DNA from: Moorena sp. SIOASIH
Lineage (GTDB): Bacteria; Cyanobacteriota; Cyanobacteriia; Cyanobacteriales; Coleofasciculaceae
DNA: 64,000 bases
Assembly (NCBI RefSeq): GCF_010671925.1
Contig: NZ_JAAHIH010000001.1
Coordinates: 741,053 to 805,052, forward strand
Direction: 5' to 3'
The notes below the pieces were generated by a model. That model ran no database searches. It was not told the origin of the DNA and worked only from the letters and a program-made list of their open reading frames with translations. Positions 63,291-64,000 of the stretch are shown one piece after another (the first letter of the stretch is position 1; every line of letters begins with the position of its first letter). A program made the position numbers and the translations under genes.

Positions 63291-63852
63291 TGGTCATTGA
63301 GCAAAAAATGTCTTAAATTCGTGATTGGGGTGCATAAAGTTGGGAATTTAGCAAGTTAATTCTGTAGTCAGCTTAAAAGACTGTCAGATTAAAAGACTAT
63401 CGTTTCTGTTCTCTTCGTTTCATTAGCAGTTTCTACTTGTTTGCCCAAAACCCCATGACAGCAGTTAGTCCTGTGGTGTGAAATTCATCCAATGTTGAAC
63501 CAAAAGCCCAGGCTACCAACGTTGTAACATCCTTGAGTTGCAATGTCGGTGGCTTGGGTGTAGAACTGGTGGAGCTGTTCATGAACCATTATCAATTCAC
63601 CAACTGGCATTGTCTGTCAAGGGCTTGAAAAATTTTCCAGCTATACCCCCATCAACAATGCATTTACAACAAAGTATGAACATCTCTGGTATTTCACTTA
63701 GGACGCTTCGCACTTGCTTGGCCTCAGGGCTATTTTCAAGTCAGAAACCCATGGGCGTTTCGCCGACACCAAAGGAATGAAAATCTCTGTTCTCTATTCC
63801 CTATTCCCTATATTCAGATTAGCTTAATGCACTATATTCGTGTTTTAGACAT

Positions 63853-64000
63853 ATGAAGTTACTGTTTGGTCGCCGCTCATCTTCTGTTGTCGAGCCTACT
63901 CAGGAAAAAACTTCAGGTTTGGGAACATTCGGTGGGGTCTATACTCCGTCGATTCTGACCATCCTGGGGGTTATTATGTACCTGCGCTTTGGTTGGGTAC
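63853..64000 (+). CDS. N-terminus of an APC-superfamily (SLC12/cation-chloride-cotransporter-like) permease. It is 3'-truncated by the window.
   Basis: Hand translation gives MKLLFGRRSSSVVEPTQEKTSGLGTFGGVYTPSILTILGVIMYLRFGWV. The GTFxGVxxPxxLxIxGVIMYLRxGW signature is typical of this family. Confidence 0.55.
   Translation, partial: MKLLFGRRSSSVVEPTQEKTSGLGTFGGVYTPSILTILGVIMYLRFGWV

Overview
This window reads as a chromosomal stretch from a filamentous cyanobacterium. The call rests on GCGATCGC (HIP1) palindromes, pervasive heptanucleotide tandem repeats in intergenic spacers, and the cyanobacterial ribosomal-protein super-operon order. Moorena/Lyngbya-like Oscillatoriales is an inference only.

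The conserved core is one long minus-strand operon from about 7.9 to 27.0 kb: rplC-rplD-rplW-rplB-rpsS-rplV-rpsC-rplP-rpmC-rpsQ-rplN-rplX-rplE-rpsH-rplF-rplR-rpsE-rplO-secY-adk-infA-rpmJ-rpsM-rpsK-rpoA-rplQ-truA-rplM-rpsI-rpmE-prfA. Elsewhere there are rpsR-rpmG, fmt, an Amt ammonium transporter, an RNase II/R-family exoribonuclease and a KefB-type cation/H+ antiporter.

The accessory content is the more interesting part:
- A full-length homologue of the eukaryotic major vault protein (30681-33320) with a bidirectional terminator immediately downstream; a pentapeptide-repeat protein and a tandem TerB-like protein lie upstream, and the first TnpB copy is the next gene beyond them.
- Two diverged TnpB-only IS200/IS605-family (IS1341-like) elements with intact RuvC triads and Zn ribbons.
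- 37-40 bp palindromic PATE/MITE-like elements and a 17-bp inverted-repeat pair.
- A dispersed composite repeat (heptamer array, a GGCCAAAAGGCCACGCTACGCGAAC-type core, heptamer array) that is also inserted in frame inside a radical-SAM gene.
- A REC-PAS class III nucleotide cyclase whose receiver appears non-canonical.
- A 1335-aa TPS/FhaB-like beta-helical exoprotein followed by a roughly 150-nt nested palindrome.
- Several unidentified structured non-coding regions.

No tRNA, rRNA or CRISPR array could be supported by eye.
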